DNA of 63,042 nucleotides, counting the filler, from Octopus bimaculoides (lineage: Eukaryota): assembly GCF_001194135.2 (NCBI RefSeq). It is 6 parts of 6 records of this genome, joined end to end, with 100 filler letters (N's around TTAATTAATTAA, not from the genome) between each part and the next. Parts side by side here need not be neighbours in the genome. Positions count along the whole stretch, not along the records: positions 60,515 to 63,042 come from NC_068998.1; 5 more parts are not named here. One strand, written 5' to 3'. Numbering within the stretch: position 1 is the stretch's first letter; each line of letters starts with the position of its first letter. The position numbers were made by a program, and so were the translations under genes. Of this stretch, positions 62,400 through 63,042 are shown one piece after another. The notes beneath the pieces were generated by a model. The model searched no databases. It worked only from the letters and a program-made list of their open reading frames with translations, and was not told the DNA's origin.

Positions 62400-62800
62400 G
62401 TACTTTCAGCTCATGAACTGTGGCCATGCTGGGGCACCACCATTTAGTGTTGCTACATTATTTTTACTTCGCTAATACTTTTTAGAAATTGACATTTGAT
62501 GCAGAGGATGTTCGATACCGCTGCCTTCATCTGCACCTTCTAATGTGAAGTTGGTTCATCTGGGACACTTGACAGGAAGAGGTCCAGTTTCATTTTGAAG
62601 ACACCTATATCCGCCCCATGAAGGTCTGTCAGGTCCTTCGGGAGGATTTTGAAGTGCTGTAGTCTCATGAAGCTCAGGCTGTTGCAGTATCTTGTCCTAT
62701 ATCTTGATGGCAAATTTGGAGTCCTTGGCACTATGCAGTGGCACCTTGTTCTAGTATTTGTGTAACTCTCGATGACAAAGCTTCCGCATAGTTTCTGCTT
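62400..62800 (-). mobile_element. CR1-like LINE 3' fragment
   Basis: IESYTNTRTRCHCIVP...FKMKLDLFLSSVPDEP is homologous to the C-terminus of 51900-53454; 3' end GGTGGTGCCCCAGCATGGCCACAG...CTGAAA. Confidence 0.85.
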
Positions 62801-62893
62801 CTCATTAATCAACAAAGAGTAAATGGAGAAAGTACTTAATCGTGGTGACCGCAAGCTCAATTATATATTGCAGCTACCTTATATGTATATATG

Positions 62894-62926
<33 letters not shown>

Positions 62927-63005
62927 GCACACACATACATATATACATACATTTATATAGATATTATACACATGCACATACACAATTTAGATATGTAGGG
63001 AAGGA

Positions 63006-63042
<37 letters not shown>

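Overview
AT-rich, microsatellite-saturated animal genomic DNA with many assembly gaps. The repeat landscape (tRNA/CORE-type SINEs, RTE/CR1/R4-type LINEs, (TA)n/(CATA)n/(AAT)n tracts) suggests an octopus or other coleoid cephalopod; this is inference. Supportable genes: (1) a + strand two-finger C2H2/C2HC zinc-finger ORF at 7394-8257; (2) the last coding exon of heparan-sulfate 6-O-sulfotransferase (HS6ST) on the - strand at 14340-14955; (3) an unidentified 293-codon terminal exon on the - strand at 47159-48040; (4) two internal IQCE exons on the + strand at 56378-56451 and 57914-57991. Most of the rest is mobile-element debris: DD37D (maT) Tc1/mariner, hAT, a candidate solo LTR, and Tx1/L1-, RTE-, CR1- and R4-like LINE fragments, Penelope-like pieces and at least two SINE families. 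The most interesting signals: an R4-like restriction-endonuclease LINE family whose fragments start and end at (CATA)n tracts; a second R4/Dong-like family starting at (AAT)n tracts shared with a SINE; a CORE-like SINE whose last ~50 nt are colinear with the 3' end of two CR1-like LINE copies in this window; a decayed hammerhead ribozyme and a 97-bp inverted Penelope-like insertion with a 14-bp TSD; and a 90-bp-arm hairpin just downstream of the zinc-finger stop with AATAAA in its loop. Five TTAATTAATTAA motifs inside N-runs look like artificial scaffold linkers, so gene adjacency across them is uncertain.
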